From an uncultured Actinomycetota bacterium (lineage in GTDB: Bacteria; Actinomycetota; Actinomycetes; Mycobacteriales; SCTD01), in the NCBI GenBank assembly GCA_963726975.1, contig CAVSEK010000006.1, forward strand, positions 8,725-72,724: a stretch of DNA of 64,000 nucleotides. The letters run 5' to 3'. The notes below the pieces were generated by a model. It worked only from the letters and a program-made list of their open reading frames with translations, did not search any database and was not told the origin of the DNA. The position numbers and the translations under genes were made by a program. Shown here piece after piece: positions 30,473 through 41,146 of this stretch. Within the stretch, counting starts at the first letter, position 1. Each line of letters opens with the position of its first letter.

Positions 30473-31151
30473 CCGGCGAGGGCACGACCTCGTCGCCCAC
30501 GGCGACCCGGCCCGGCTCGAGGACGTCGGCGACCACGCCGAGCGTGCCGTCGTGCGCGTCGCCGACGGCGCGCAGCACGCCGGGCCGGGCCGGGAGCTCC
30601 GCCGTGGCGGCGTCCACCACGACGCAGCGCGGCAGCGCCGCCGTGACGCGCAGCACCGCTGCGCCGACCCGGACGACGGTGCCGACCCAGCGGTCCTCGG
30701 CGTACGGCTCGTCGACGGCCAGCAGCAGGTTGGCCCGGAAGCGCTCGGGCTCCACCCGGTCGCCCACGGCGGCCACCGAGCGCAGGGCGAGCAGGCTGAC
30801 CGGCCCGTCGTCGTGGTGGCCCGTGGCGGTCTCGCGCTCGAGCACGACCGGGCGGCCCACGTGCTCGCTGAGCCGCTCGCTGCTCAGCGGGTCCTCGGCG
30901 CAGCTCGCCCGCCCGTCGGGCAGGACGACGATCACCCGTCCGTCGCGCACGACGGCCCGGACCTCCAGCAGCCCGGGCACCGGCGTGAAGCGCCGGGTGC
31001 GCTTTCCGCTGCCGATCAGGCCGTCCGCGGTGCGGACGCACCACGACCGGTCGTGCTCGGCGCCGCGGACCTGCAGGTCGAGGGCGGGCACCGCCTCGCC
31101 GAGCAGCCCCTTGACCGGGTAGTGGTGCAGGGCGACGACGCGGGCGGTCAC
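30453..31151 (-). CDS. MOSC domain-containing protein
   Basis: GTG 31151 overlaps the rhodanese stop (GTGA). VVALHHYPVKGLLGE..., ...RFRANLLL... and ...LPRCVVVD... are as in MOSC/YiiM-like proteins. Confidence 0.8.
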   Translation of the reverse strand: MTARVVALHHYPVKGLLGEAVPALDLQVRGAEHDRSWCVRTADGLIGSGKRTRRFTPVPGLLEVRAVVRDGRVIVVLPDGRASCAEDPLSSERLSEHVGRPVVLERETATGHHDDGPVSLLALRSVAAVGDRVEPERFRANLLLAVDEPYAEDRWVGTVVRVGAAVLRVTAALPRCVVVDAATAELPARPGVLRAVGDAHDGTLGVVADVLEPGRVAVGDEVVPSPVSAPRG

Positions 31152-31543
31152 GGGCGCACGTCCGCCGGGCCGTCGTGCAGCGGCAGGCCGGCCTCGGCCC
31201 AGGCCTCGACCCCGCCGGCGACGTCCGTGGCGCGGGGCAGCCCGACCGCGCGCAGGGAGGCGGCGGCCAGCGAGCTGCTGTAGCCCTGCCGGCACACGAC
31301 GACGACCTCGAGGTCGGGCCCGGTCACCTCGGGCACCCGCCAGGGGCTCCCCGGGTCGAGCCGCCACTCGAGCACCGTGCGGTCGATGACCAGCGCTCCG
31401 GGCAGCTCGCCCTGGACCGCGCGCTGCGGCGGCGTCCGGGTGTCGACGAGCAGCGCACCGCGCTCGACGGCCGCGCGGGCCTCGCAGGGGGTCAGCCGCC
31501 GCACGCCCTCGCGGGCCGCGGCGAGCACGGCGTCGACCCCCAC
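31148..31543 (-). CDS. rhodanese-like sulfurtransferase domain protein
   Basis: ...ALLVDTRTPPQRAVQGELPGALVIDRTVLEWR... and the active-site loop VVVCRQGYSS. The start at GTG 31543 is tentative. Confidence 0.72.
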   Translation of the reverse strand: MGVDAVLAAAREGVRRLTPCEARAAVERGALLVDTRTPPQRAVQGELPGALVIDRTVLEWRLDPGSPWRVPEVTGPDLEVVVVCRQGYSSSLAAASLRAVGLPRATDVAGGVEAWAEAGLPLHDGPADVRP

Positions 31544-31563
31544 GCGACCAGTCTGCCGCAGGC

Positions 31564-31776
31564 TCAGGCCGCGAGGTCCGTGCGGCCGGTCATCGCGACG
31601 AGCTCGGCGCGGGAGGCGGCGTCGGAGCGGGCGAGGATGGCGACGAGCTCGGCGCGCTCCGGGCCGGTGCGGTAGGCATCGAGCTCGGCGCGCACCTGCG
31701 CCGCGCGGACGCGGCGGGCGTGCGCCCGGGCCAGCGCGGAGGGGGTGAGGGAGCTGAAGGAGGTGGACGGGGACAT
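31564..31776 (-). CDS. small hypothetical protein (70 aa)
   Basis: ATG 31776 has a weak GAGAGG upstream. There is a strong GC3 bias across all 70 codons. It lies upstream of the rhodanese-MOSC pair on the same strand. Confidence 0.5.
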   Translation of the reverse strand: MSPSTSFSSLTPSALARAHARRVRAAQVRAELDAYRTGPERAELVAILARSDAASRAELVAMTGRTDLAA

Positions 31777-31878
31777 GCGCGGCGCCTCTCTGAGGGCGGG
31801 CCCCCCGCACGCTGCGGGGGCTTCTGAACCGATACAGAGGCTACCCGCGGACGCCCTCCCTCAGCAGCGGAGAGCACT

Positions 31879-32952
31879 GTGAGCCGCACCGCAGGACGCC
31901 CGACGCTCCAGGTGCTGGCCGACGACCTGGGCGTCTCGCGGGCGACGGTGAGCAACGCCTACAACCGTCCCGACCAGCTCTCCCCCGCGCTGCGCCGGCG
32001 CGTGCTCGCCCGCGCCGCCGAGCTCGGCTTCGGCGGGCCCGACCCGGTCGCCCGCGGCCTGCGCCGGGGACGGGTGGGCGCCGTCGGCGTCCTCGTCGAC
32101 GAGGGCCTGTCGTACGCCTTCTCCGACCCCGTCGCGGTGCTCGCCCTCGACGGCCTGGCCCGCGAGCTGCAGGCCGACGGCACCGGGCTGCTGCTGCACC
32201 CGGCCGTGCTGGGCGCCACCGACGTACGGGCCGTGCAGGCCGCCGCCGTCGACGCCTGGGTGCTGCTGTCGCTGCCCGGCGCCCACCCGGCCGTGGACGC
32301 CGCGCTCGCGCAGGGACGGCCGCTGGTCGTGCTCGACCAGCCGCCCGTGCCCGGGGCGCCCGTGGTCACCGTCGACGACCGGGCCGGCGCGCGCGCGGTG
32401 GCCGAGCACCTGCTCGCGCTCGGGCACCACCGGCTGGCCGTGCTCACCCCGCCGCTGGCCCCGGGCGCGGCCGGGCGCCCGGCCGACCTCGCCCGGCAGG
32501 CCGCCGCCACCAACACGGTCATGTCGCAGCGGTTGCGCGCGGTCGCCGGTGCGGTGGCGCGGGCCGGTGGCCGTTGGGAGGACGTGCCGGTGGTGGAGTG
32601 CGGCGCCAACGACGAGCCGTCGGGCGCGGCCGGGGCGGGCCTGCTGCTCGCCCGCTCGCCCCGCCCGACCGCGGTCCTCGCGCTGTCCGACCAGCTCGCG
32701 CTCGGCGCGCTGCGGGCGGCCCGCGAGGCCGGGACCGCGGTGCCCGAGCAGCTGTCGGTCACCGGCTTCGACGACGCGCCGCCGGCCGCCGGCGCCGGGC
32801 TGACCACGGTCGCCCAGCCGCTGCGCGAGAAGGGCGCCCTCGTCGGGCGCCTGGTGCGCGCGCTGCTCGCCGGCGAGGAGGTCGAGAGCCCCCCGCCGCT
32901 CCCGGTGTCGCTGCTGGTGCGGCGCAGCACCGCCCCGCCGGCGGCAGGATGA
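31879..32952 (+). CDS. LacI family transcriptional regulator
   Basis: N-terminal HTH TLQVLADDLGVSRATVSNAYNRPDQLSPALRRRVLARAAELGF, followed by a periplasmic-binding-protein-like core. Confidence 0.9.
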   Translation: MSRTAGRPTLQVLADDLGVSRATVSNAYNRPDQLSPALRRRVLARAAELGFGGPDPVARGLRRGRVGAVGVLVDEGLSYAFSDPVAVLALDGLARELQADGTGLLLHPAVLGATDVRAVQAAAVDAWVLLSLPGAHPAVDAALAQGRPLVVLDQPPVPGAPVVTVDDRAGARAVAEHLLALGHHRLAVLTPPLAPGAAGRPADLARQAAATNTVMSQRLRAVAGAVARAGGRWEDVPVVECGANDEPSGAAGAGLLLARSPRPTAVLALSDQLALGALRAAREAGTAVPEQLSVTGFDDAPPAAGAGLTTVAQPLREKGALVGRLVRALLAGEEVESPPPLPVSLLVRRSTAPPAAG

Positions 32953-32980
32953 GCACCCCGCCGACCGACAGGAGCAGGAC

Positions 32981-33955
32981 GTGCGCAGCTACTGCGGCAT
33001 CTACGTCGACGCCGGCTACCTCACCGCCGCGGCCTCGCTGCGGCTGACCGGCACGTCGTACCGCGCCGCGACCCAGGTCGACGTCGCTGCGCTGCTCGAC
33101 GCGCTGGTGGAGCAGGCGACCGCCCACGCCGGGCTGCCGCTGCTGCGGGTGCACTGGTACGACGCCGGCGCCCGCGGGGTGCCCGGTCCCGAGCAGCGGC
33201 GGATCGCCACGCTGCCGCGGGTCAAGCTGCGCCTGGGCCGTACGTCGGTGCACGGCGAGCAGAAGGGCGTCGACCTCAAGCTCGCCCTCGACCTCATCAC
33301 GCAGGCGCGCAACCGGGTGACCGACGTCGTCTACCTCGTCAGCGGCGACGACGACCTCACCGAGGCGGTCGAGGAGGCGCAGCACCTGGGCACCCAGGTC
33401 GTGCTGCTCGTGGTGCCCGACAAGGACGGCCGCCCCGTCAACGTGAGCCGCAACCTGCAGATGGCGTGCGACGAGCTGGTGCTGGTCGCGCCGGCGTCGG
33501 TCGACGCGCACGTCACGCGGGCGGCGCCGCCCGAGCCCGCTCCGGAGCCCGCGCCCGTGGTCGAGCCGGAGCCGGCGCGCGTCACGCCCGCCGTGCTCGC
33601 GGCGCTCGCCGAGCACCGGGCGCCCGCCGCGGTGCCGCCGAAGCGGCTGGTGGTGAGCTCGTCCGTGCCCGTCTACACCTCGGCGACCGGGCAGGTGTCG
33701 TCGCCGCCGGTCGGTGCGGAGGTCGACGCCGCGGCCCGTGACGTCGTCGGGCACCTGCTGCGCTCGTGGGCCGCGTCGGCCAGCCCCGCCGCGCGCGGCG
33801 AGCTGGCGCGCGCCCGGCCCGTCATCCCGCAGGACCTGGACCGCACCCTGCTGCAGGACCTGTCGGCCCGGCTCGGCGTCGACGAGCTCGACGTGCCGAC
33901 CCGCACGCGGCTGCGCGAGGCCTTCTGGGAAGGCCTCGCGCAGCTGCGGGTCTGA
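32981..33955 (+). CDS. NYN (LabA-like) domain protein with a Pro-rich linker and C-terminal domain
   Basis: CGIYVDAGYL..., ...EQKGVDLKLALDL... and ...VYLVSGDDDLTEAVEEAQHLGTQVVLL... are NYN/PIN-like acidic motifs. Confidence 0.72.
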   Translation: MRSYCGIYVDAGYLTAAASLRLTGTSYRAATQVDVAALLDALVEQATAHAGLPLLRVHWYDAGARGVPGPEQRRIATLPRVKLRLGRTSVHGEQKGVDLKLALDLITQARNRVTDVVYLVSGDDDLTEAVEEAQHLGTQVVLLVVPDKDGRPVNVSRNLQMACDELVLVAPASVDAHVTRAAPPEPAPEPAPVVEPEPARVTPAVLAALAEHRAPAAVPPKRLVVSSSVPVYTSATGQVSSPPVGAEVDAAARDVVGHLLRSWAASASPAARGELARARPVIPQDLDRTLLQDLSARLGVDELDVPTRTRLREAFWEGLAQLRV

Positions 33956-33959
33956 CCGG

Positions 33960-34376
33960 TCAGGCGGTGCGGCGGGCGGAGGTGAAGGCCCAGGTCATGA
34001 GCCAGACCGAGCCGGCGGTGAGGATCATCGCGCCGGGGACGTGGATCGCCAGGTGCTCGCGCCCGCCGGTCGCGGCCTGCACGAACGACGCGACGAAGAC
34101 CACGGCGCCCAGCACGACCGGCCAGAGCCGGCCGCCCTCGGCGCGGTGCCGCAGGTAGAGCGCGATGGCCGCGAGGCCGGAGACGACGTGCAGCACGATC
34201 GCGCCGCCGGCGTGCACCTCCTCCGGGCCGCCGTCGGGGAACAGCTGGCCTGCGGTGATGAACTGGAACAGCTCGCTCAGCACCGTCAGGGTGACGAGGG
34301 CCTGGACGACGGACAGCGGCACGGAGCGCTTGTCCGGGCCGTGCTGCGTGGACGGCTGGGTCATGGTCGTGCTCAC
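33960..34376 (-). CDS. hypothetical 4-TM membrane protein
   Basis: GTG 34376 has GAGGAG about 6 nt upstream. Four hydrophobic helices (VVQALVTLTVLSELFQFI, AIVLHVVSGLAAIALYL, LWPVVLGAVVFVASFV, GAMILTAGSVWLMTWAF). Confidence 0.6.
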   Translation of the reverse strand: MSTTMTQPSTQHGPDKRSVPLSVVQALVTLTVLSELFQFITAGQLFPDGGPEEVHAGGAIVLHVVSGLAAIALYLRHRAEGGRLWPVVLGAVVFVASFVQAATGGREHLAIHVPGAMILTAGSVWLMTWAFTSARRTA

Positions 34377-34554
34377 GGGAGCTCCTCTCGAGCGGGCCGC
34401 ACCGGCCCTCGCGGACGGTTGTGCCACACCACCGACCCCTTCATCCCTCTCAGGACCTGAACGCCCGCACGGGTCGCGCGCCGGGTGGTGGCCGGCTGCG
34501 GGGGTAGGGCGCAGGCATGACCAGGCAGAAGCGGGCCGCACGGAGGGCGCCTCG

Positions 34555-35433
34555 ATGAAGGTCGCCGTCGTGGGCGCCACGGGCTTCGTCGGTCGCCGGC
34601 TCGTCCCCCTGCTGGCCGAGCGGGGACACGACGTCATGGCCCTCACCCGCCGCCCCGAGCAGTACGACGGCGGGGGCACCGCTGTCCAGGCCGATCTGGA
34701 CGACGCCGCGTCGCTCCTGACGGCGCTGCACGGCTGCGCAGCGGCGTACCTGCTCGCGCACTCCCTCGGGACCGCGGGCTTCGAGGAGCGCGAGGCGGCG
34801 CAGGCCGAGACGCTCGCCGCAGCCGCCGAGCAGGCGGGCCTTCGTCAGCTGGTGTTCCTCGGCGGGCTGGGCCGCGACGACGACGCGTTGTCGCCGCACC
34901 TGCGCAGTCGGCGGGAGGTGGAGCGCGTCCTCCGACAGGGGAGCACCCCGGTCACCGTCCTGCGGGCCGGGATCCTCGTGGGTGCCGGCAGCACCGGCTG
35001 GGAGATGCTCCGACAGGCCGTCGAGGCGCTGCCGGTGATGGTGACCGACGCGCGGGCCAGGACCAGGCACCAGGTGATCGCCGTCGAGGACGCGCTCGGC
35101 TACCTCGTCGACGCCCTGGAGAGCGCGGACTGCCTCGACCAGACGATCGAGATCGGCGGCGCCGACGTGCTGAGCTACGCCGAGATGGCGCAGCGGGTGG
35201 CCTCCCTCACCGCGTCACGGGCCCCGGTCCAGGTGCCGTGGGTCCCGCAGGTGGTGTCCGCGATGGGCGTCCGACTGCTCACCGACGTCGACGGCACGGT
35301 GGCCCATGACCTGCTCGGGTCGATGCGCAACGAGGCGATCGTGACCGACGACAGCGCGGCCCGGCTCCTGCCCCGCTCGGTGCTGGGCTTCGACGAGGCC
35401 GCCAGACGTGCTCTGGACGACACCCACCGCTGA
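34555..35433 (+). CDS. NAD(P)H-binding (NmrA/atypical SDR-like) protein
   Basis: MKVAVVGATGFVGRRLVPLL Rossmann motif, with GGAGGG upstream of ATG 34555. This is the 3' part of ORF 34165..35433. Confidence 0.8.
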   Translation: MKVAVVGATGFVGRRLVPLLAERGHDVMALTRRPEQYDGGGTAVQADLDDAASLLTALHGCAAAYLLAHSLGTAGFEEREAAQAETLAAAAEQAGLRQLVFLGGLGRDDDALSPHLRSRREVERVLRQGSTPVTVLRAGILVGAGSTGWEMLRQAVEALPVMVTDARARTRHQVIAVEDALGYLVDALESADCLDQTIEIGGADVLSYAEMAQRVASLTASRAPVQVPWVPQVVSAMGVRLLTDVDGTVAHDLLGSMRNEAIVTDDSAARLLPRSVLGFDEAARRALDDTHR

Positions 35434-35478
35434 CGGCCGGCGGCCAGGGGCCGGGAGCGGCGAGGGCCCTGGTCAGAG

Positions 35479-35567
35479 CGGAGGGCGTGGGATTCGAACC
35501 CACGGAACGAGTCACCCCGCTCAGCGGTTTTCAAGACCGCCGCCATCGGCCTCTAGGCGAGCCCTCC
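35479..35567 (-). tRNA. tRNA-Ser (anticodon UGA)
   Basis: The reverse complement folds as a cloverleaf: acceptor GGAGGGC/GCCCTCC, anticodon stem GCGGT/ACCGC, loop CTTGAAA, long variable arm, T-arm GTGGG-TTCGAAT-CCCAC, discriminator G. Confidence 0.93.
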
Positions 35568-35683
35568 CGGTCGCAGCACGCTAGCCGTCACGCCGTGCTC
35601 CTGCGCCTCCCGAGGCAACCCCGCGACGGCCTGCGGCGTCCTCCAGGTGGGCGCGACCGCGCCACGGAGCAGGGGGGACCGGC

Positions 35684-36268
35684 ATGAGGACGACGAGGAC
35701 GGCAGGGCGGGGCCGCAGGACGGGCACCTGGGCAGCCGCGGCGGTGCTGGCCCTCGGGGCGGCCCTGGGCGGGCTCCAGACCGGGGCCGCAGCAGCGGCG
35801 TCGAGCTGCGCGGTGACGTGGGGCTCGTTGGACAAGACCACGACCAGCAGCGGCTCGGCGCCGAGCGACACCCTCGCGGGGGTGCGCGCCGGGCACCACA
35901 CCTGCTACGACCGCCTGGTCCTGGACGTCGCCGGCGACGGGTGGGCCCGGGTCCGCTACGTCCCGGCCGTGTCCTACCAGGCGCGCGACGGCAGCATCCC
36001 GCTGCGGGGCGGCGCCTTCCTGGAGATCATCACCAACCGGGTCGACGACGTGCAGACCGGCGCCGTGGCCTTCCAGCCGGCCGACCCGTCCGAGCTCGCC
36101 CCGGTGGCGTCCTGGCCGACCCTGCGCCAGGTGGCGTACGGCGGCAGCTTCGAGGGCCAGACGACGGTCGGCGTCGGCGTCCGGGCCCGGCTGCCCTTCC
36201 GGCTGTTCGGGCTCCCCGGCCCTGGCTCGGGCTCCCGGCTGGTGCTGGACGTGGCGCACCGCTGGTGA
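35684..36268 (+). CDS. secreted hypothetical protein
   Basis: Tat/Sec-like N-terminus MRTTRTAGRGRRTGTWAAAAVLALGAALGG. 194-aa GC3-rich ORF ending ...LVLDVAHRW. I cannot assign a family with confidence. Confidence 0.62.
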   Translation: MRTTRTAGRGRRTGTWAAAAVLALGAALGGLQTGAAAAASSCAVTWGSLDKTTTSSGSAPSDTLAGVRAGHHTCYDRLVLDVAGDGWARVRYVPAVSYQARDGSIPLRGGAFLEIITNRVDDVQTGAVAFQPADPSELAPVASWPTLRQVAYGGSFEGQTTVGVGVRARLPFRLFGLPGPGSGSRLVLDVAHRW

Positions 36269-36445
36269 GACCGCGAGCGCGGCGCCTCGTCGGGCTCGCC
36301 GGCCTGGTCCTCCCGGTGCAGCAGGTGGGCCGGGAGGACCGCCGCCACGGGGGTGCGGTCCCGGCGACCTTCCCGCGGGACGTCTTCTCGGCCGGCTGAG
36401 CCGCGCGGGGCAGGATGGCCGCGACGTCCGAGGGCAGGGGTGCGC

Positions 36446-37215
36446 ATGCAGGTGCAGGTCGAGGCGGAGCGGCCGCTGCTGCTCGAGGACGGCACGGCGG
36501 TGCGCGCGGCCTCGGCCCTCGCGCCGCTCGGCGAGGGCTGGGTCCTCGCGCAGGGCGACCGGAGCACGGCCGTGCTCCTGCGCGGCGAGCGCGGCACGCC
36601 GCTGGAGCTCGACCCGGGCGACCTCGACCTGCAGGCGGCCTGCGCGCTGCCGGGGGACGACGGGCCGGGCGCGCTGCTGCTCGGCTCCGGGCAGGGTCGC
36701 GCCGGCCGGCGGGCGGTGCTCGTGAGCGCTGCCGGCGAGGTGGTCGTGGGCGACCTCGGGCCGCTGCACGACGCGGTCGCCCGGGCGCTCGGCGTCCCGG
36801 AGCCGCGGCTGGAGGGCGTCGCCCGCAACGGAGGGGTCCTGCGCTGGTTCTCCCGCGGCAGCGGCGGCGCGCCCAGCAGGAGCGTCGACGTCGGGCTCGC
36901 CGCGCTGGTGGAGGCGCTGCTCGGCCGGGCGGACCCGGCCGACGTGCCGCTGCGGTCGCCCCGGCGCTACGACCTCGAGGCCACCGACGCCGTCGCGCTG
37001 CCCGGGGGGCGCGTCCTGCTCGCGGTCGCCGGACCGCAGCCGGGCCTGGCCCTCGTCGAGGACGAGCGGGTCGTCGACCGCTGCGCCCTGCCCGCCCGCG
37101 CCGACGGGCTCGGGGTCCGCGAGCTGACCGACGACGGGGCGCTGCTGCTCGCGGTCGGTCCCGGCGACGACGCGGACGACGCCTCGGTGCGCGGGAGCTC
37201 TCCGTCACCTGGTGA
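36446..37215 (+). CDS. hypothetical protein; 3' end uncertain (possible 1-nt indel near 37190)
   Basis: ATG 36446 (MQVQVEAERPLLLEDG...) is in the frame of ORF 36353..37912. That frame then runs antisense into the convergent Big_2 gene. The neighbouring frame ends ...RELSVTW* at 37215. Confidence 0.45.
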
Positions 37216-37234
37216 GCCTCCCGGCGCCGACCGG

Positions 37235-40200
37235 TCAGGTCACCCGGTAGCGCGGGCTGACCAGGAAGCCGTGGTCGGTGAAGAGCAGGAAGGTCAGCGG
37301 ACAGCGGCGCACGACGCCGAGGGGCGGACGCGGATCTGCGTGGCCGTCTGCGAGATCACGTGTACCGGCCGGCCGGCGAGGGCGACGGCCTGGCACCGGC
37401 GGCCCAGCCCGACCCCGCGCAGCGCGACCACCGCCCCGGGCGGGCCTGCCGAGCGGGACATCGAGTCCAGCCGCACGGTGGTGGCGAGCACCTGGAGCGT
37501 CCTGCCGGCCTGCAGACCGCCCGAGCGGGCGACCACCCGCAGCGTCCCGGGAGCGCGACCGGCCACGACGCCCGCCGCGTCCACCCGCGCGCGAGAGGTG
37601 TTCAGCGAGCGCCACTGCACCGAGCGGGTCAGGTCCGCGCTCGTCCCGTCGGAGAAGCGCCCGAGGGCGCGGGCCTGCTGGGAGGCGCCTCGGTACACGT
37701 CGGGGGCGAGCCGCACCTCGAGGGAGCGGAGCACGGCCGTGCCGACGGTGACCGCGGTGGTGGCCTCGCGCCCGCCGTACGCCCCGCGGACGGTGGTCGA
37801 GCCGAGCTCCACGGCGTGGACCAGCCCGGTCGGGTCCACGCCCGCCACGGCCGGGTCGTCGCTCGTCCACGTGGCCAGCGACGAGACGTCGGTCGTGGTC
37901 CCGTCGCTGTAGGTCGCGGTGAGCAGCACCGCGCTGTCGAGCCCTCGCGGCAGCGACAGCGCGGTCGGGTCGGCAGTGAGGTCCGTGAGCACCGGGTCGA
38001 CGACGTGGACGCTGGTGTAGGCGCCGAAGACCCCGTCCGGGTCGGACGAGCTCGTCTGCGCCCGGACGACCGTGTCGCCGAGCGCCACCGCGGTGAGCAG
38101 CCCGTCGGCGTCGATGGTCGCGGTCCCGACCTCGTCCGTGGCCCAGGCCACCTCGTCGGTGATGTCCTCCGTCGTCCCGTCGGTGAGGGTGGCCGTCGCG
38201 GTGTACTGCCGGGTGAGCCCGACCGGCACGTCGGCGCCGTCCGGGGTGAGCGTGACGTAGCTGATCTCCGGCTCGGTGACGGTCAGCGACGACGACGCGG
38301 AGACCGTGCCCGAGGTCGCCGTGATCGTGCTCGTCCCGACGTCGACGGCGTGCGCCAGGCCCGTGCTGTCGACGGTGGCCACCGCGAGGTCGCTCGAGGT
38401 CCAGGTCACGCTGCTCGACAGGTCGCGCGAGCTGCCGTCGGAGTAGGTCCCCGTCGCCCGGAAGGCCAGGTCCTCCCCGGCCGGCACGCTCGGGTCGACC
38501 GGGGTGACCGCGAGAGCGTCCAGGACGGCGCCCAGCACCGTGACGCCGGTCGAGCCGGTGATCGACGGGCTGTAGACCGCGGTCACCTGCTGTCGAGCCG
38601 GGCTCGCCGGCCGTCAGCAGCCCGGCCGCGTCGACCGTCGCCGTCGCCGCGTCGGCCGTCGACCAGGTGACGCCGCCGGTGAGGTCGGACGTGCTGCCGT
38701 CGCTGTAGGTCGCGGTGGCGGTGTACTGCCGGGTGCGGCCCGAGGGCAGGCTCGCGTCGGCCGGGGTCACCGCCAGCGAGACCGGCTCGGCGCTCGTGGC
38801 GGTGAAGGCCGCCGTGCCCTCGACGGCGCCGGAGGAGGCCCGCACCGTCGTGCTCCCGACCCCCGTCGCGGTCAGCAGCCCGGTCGTGTCGACCGTGGCG
38901 ACGGAGGCGTCGTCCGTCGACCACGCGGAACCGCTGCTGACGTCGGCCGTCGACCCGTCGCTGTAGGTGCCGGTCGCTGTGTACTGCTGGGGTGGCCCCC
39001 ACGGGGGCGCTGGCTGCCGGCGGCGACACCGTGAGGGAGGTGAGCGCCGGGGCGGTCACCGTCACGTCGGCGCTCCCCGAGGAGCTGTCGACGGTGGCGG
39101 TGATCGTCGTGCTGCCCTGACCGGCGCCGTGCACGACGCCGGTGGTGCTGACGGTCGCGACGGAGGGGTCCGCGGACGACCAGGTCGCCGTCGACGTGAC
39201 GTCCTGCGTGCTGCCGTCGTCGTACGTCGCGCTGGCCGTCAGGGAACGGTCGGTGCCCTGCGGCAGGCCGGTCGTCGAGGGGTCGACGGCCACCGAGGTC
39301 ACGGTCGCGGCCGCACGACGGGAAGCGGTAGCTGCCGATCCGGGTGTTCCACGTGAAGCTGCTGCCCGTCGCCGCCTGGTACTGCCCGACGTACCAGAAC
39401 GTGCAGTCGTCGGCGGGGTCCACCGTCATGTCGGTGTAGTCGCCCCACCGGCTGTACGGCCCGGTCTGCGACCCACCGCCGGCCATGAGGACCTGCTCCG
39501 GACCGGTCTGACCGGCCGGGTCGTCCGCGGTCCGCCCGCTGACCCGCAGCCCCGGGAAGATCCCGGACGTGGAGGAGATCGAGTAGCCGACGAGCATGTT
39601 GCCGTCGTGGTCCAGGGCGGCACTGCCCATCGACCGGGGGTACGCGTCGGGCGCCACCGACCCCGAGTCGGCGAGGACCACCCCGCCGCCGCTGTCGGTG
39701 AGCCGGTACCACACCGGTGCCCATCCGGTGGTCCCGGACGTCGAGCGCGACGCGGTGGCGAGCAGCGTCCCGACCCCGCCCACGACCCGGTAGGGCAGGC
39801 GGTACATCAGGCGACCGCCCAGGGTGTCGAGGCGCTGCGCGGTCCCGGGCTGCGGCACGCAGGCCGCGTAGCAGCTGGCGTACATCGTCGGGACCGGTGT
39901 GACGGTCGCCCCGCTGAGGGCGAACGGCGAGCCGCCGAAGCCCGTGGTGAGGCGGAACGAGCGCAGCGCGGTCCAGGAGTAGGGGTCCTGCTCCACCAGG
40001 TAGGCGGCGGTGCCGACCGAGGGGGCGACGGAACCGTCGAGGTCGCCCGGCAGCAGGGAGAAGTGGTCCGTCCCGAGGTTGACGCAGTTCTGCGACACGG
40101 CGGCGCCGGCGAGCATCGCGGCGCGGTCCAGGGCGCAGGCGAGGGCCCCGCTGAAGGTGAAGCTTGCCCCCGGTGGGGTGGAAGAGGTTGGCGGCTGAAC

Positions 40201-41002
40201 AGGTAGGCCGAGGGCCAGACCCCGACCTTGCCGTAGTCGTTGAGGTCGGCGTAGGCGAAGGAGTAGCGCTGGTAGCTGCCGAGCGCGTCGTCCGACGTCG
40301 ACACCGCCCAGCACTGGAAGTACGGGCCCGACGTGCTGCGGACGTTCGCGAACTGCGTCATCACCCACCGTCCGGCGAGCTGGTCGTACTCCACCACCGG
40401 GTCCCCGTCGTTGGTGGTCTCGCACGGGCCGCCGAAGCCGGCGAACAGGGTGTTCCCGGCCCGGGGTGGGGTCAGCGCGTTGCCGGCCTTGTCGTAGACC
40501 CGCAGCGACGAGTTGACCCACTCGACGTACTGGGTGGACCCCGCCGCGCCCACGGTGTCCGGAGGGGTCCCGCCAGGGACGAAACCGGCGACGCCCGCCC
40601 CCAGCCCCTCGGCGCTGATCCCGGCGACGGGCACCCCGCCGGCGGTGGTCGACGCGGACCCGGACCGCGGACGCGGACGGGCGGGGAAGCGGGGGGAGGG
40701 GTGGCCGGTCCGCGCGACCTCGACCTCGGGGGTGGCGGCAGCAGCGGGAGGGGAGCCGTGCTCCCCGCTCCCGCTCGCGGAGCGGTCTTCATCAGGTCGC
40801 GCAGCGGGCGGGAGCGGTCGTGGTGGGCGGCGGACCGGTGCACGGGGCTGCCGGGCACCACCTGCCCAGGAGTGGACGACGGCGCGGGGGCCGCCGGGGC
40901 CGCGGAGGCGGCGAGCGCGAGGCCGGGCGCGACGGAGGTCAGCAGGGCAACGGTCAGGACCGCGGCGGTGCGGCGGGACCGGCGGAGCAGCAGGACGGGC
41001 AC
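37235..41002 (-). pseudogene. large secreted surface protein: signal peptide, ~470-aa N-domain of unknown family, seven Big_2 (Ig-like) domains and a C-terminal IPT/TIG-like domain; at least 6 frame switches
   Basis: GTG 41002 has AGGAG 6 nt upstream, followed by the signal peptide VLTVALLTSVAPGLALAASA. The N-domain pieces lie in ORFs 39807..40634 and 38872..40521. The Big_2 units (xQYTATATYSDGSTxDVTxxxxWxSxD) are spread over ORFs 38583..39302, 37235..38845 and 37294..38586. Confidence 0.75.
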
Positions 41003-41146
41003 GGCAGGCTCCTGGCTGGTCCTCGCGGACCTCGACAGCGCGACGGACGTCCGCCGGTCCCGCGCCCCCCCCGGCGATGCTGAAGGCTGGACCCTGGACC
41101 GGCCCTTTGGGAAGGGGTCCCGCCGGGTGGACTTCCGGCCCTGCGC

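Noticed and set aside
14004-35479. Genomic island bounded by the two tRNA-Ser genes
   Set aside because: I saw no integrase, recombinase or transposase, no direct repeat of a tRNA 3' end, and no visible composition shift. The content is ordinary housekeeping and accessory metabolism.
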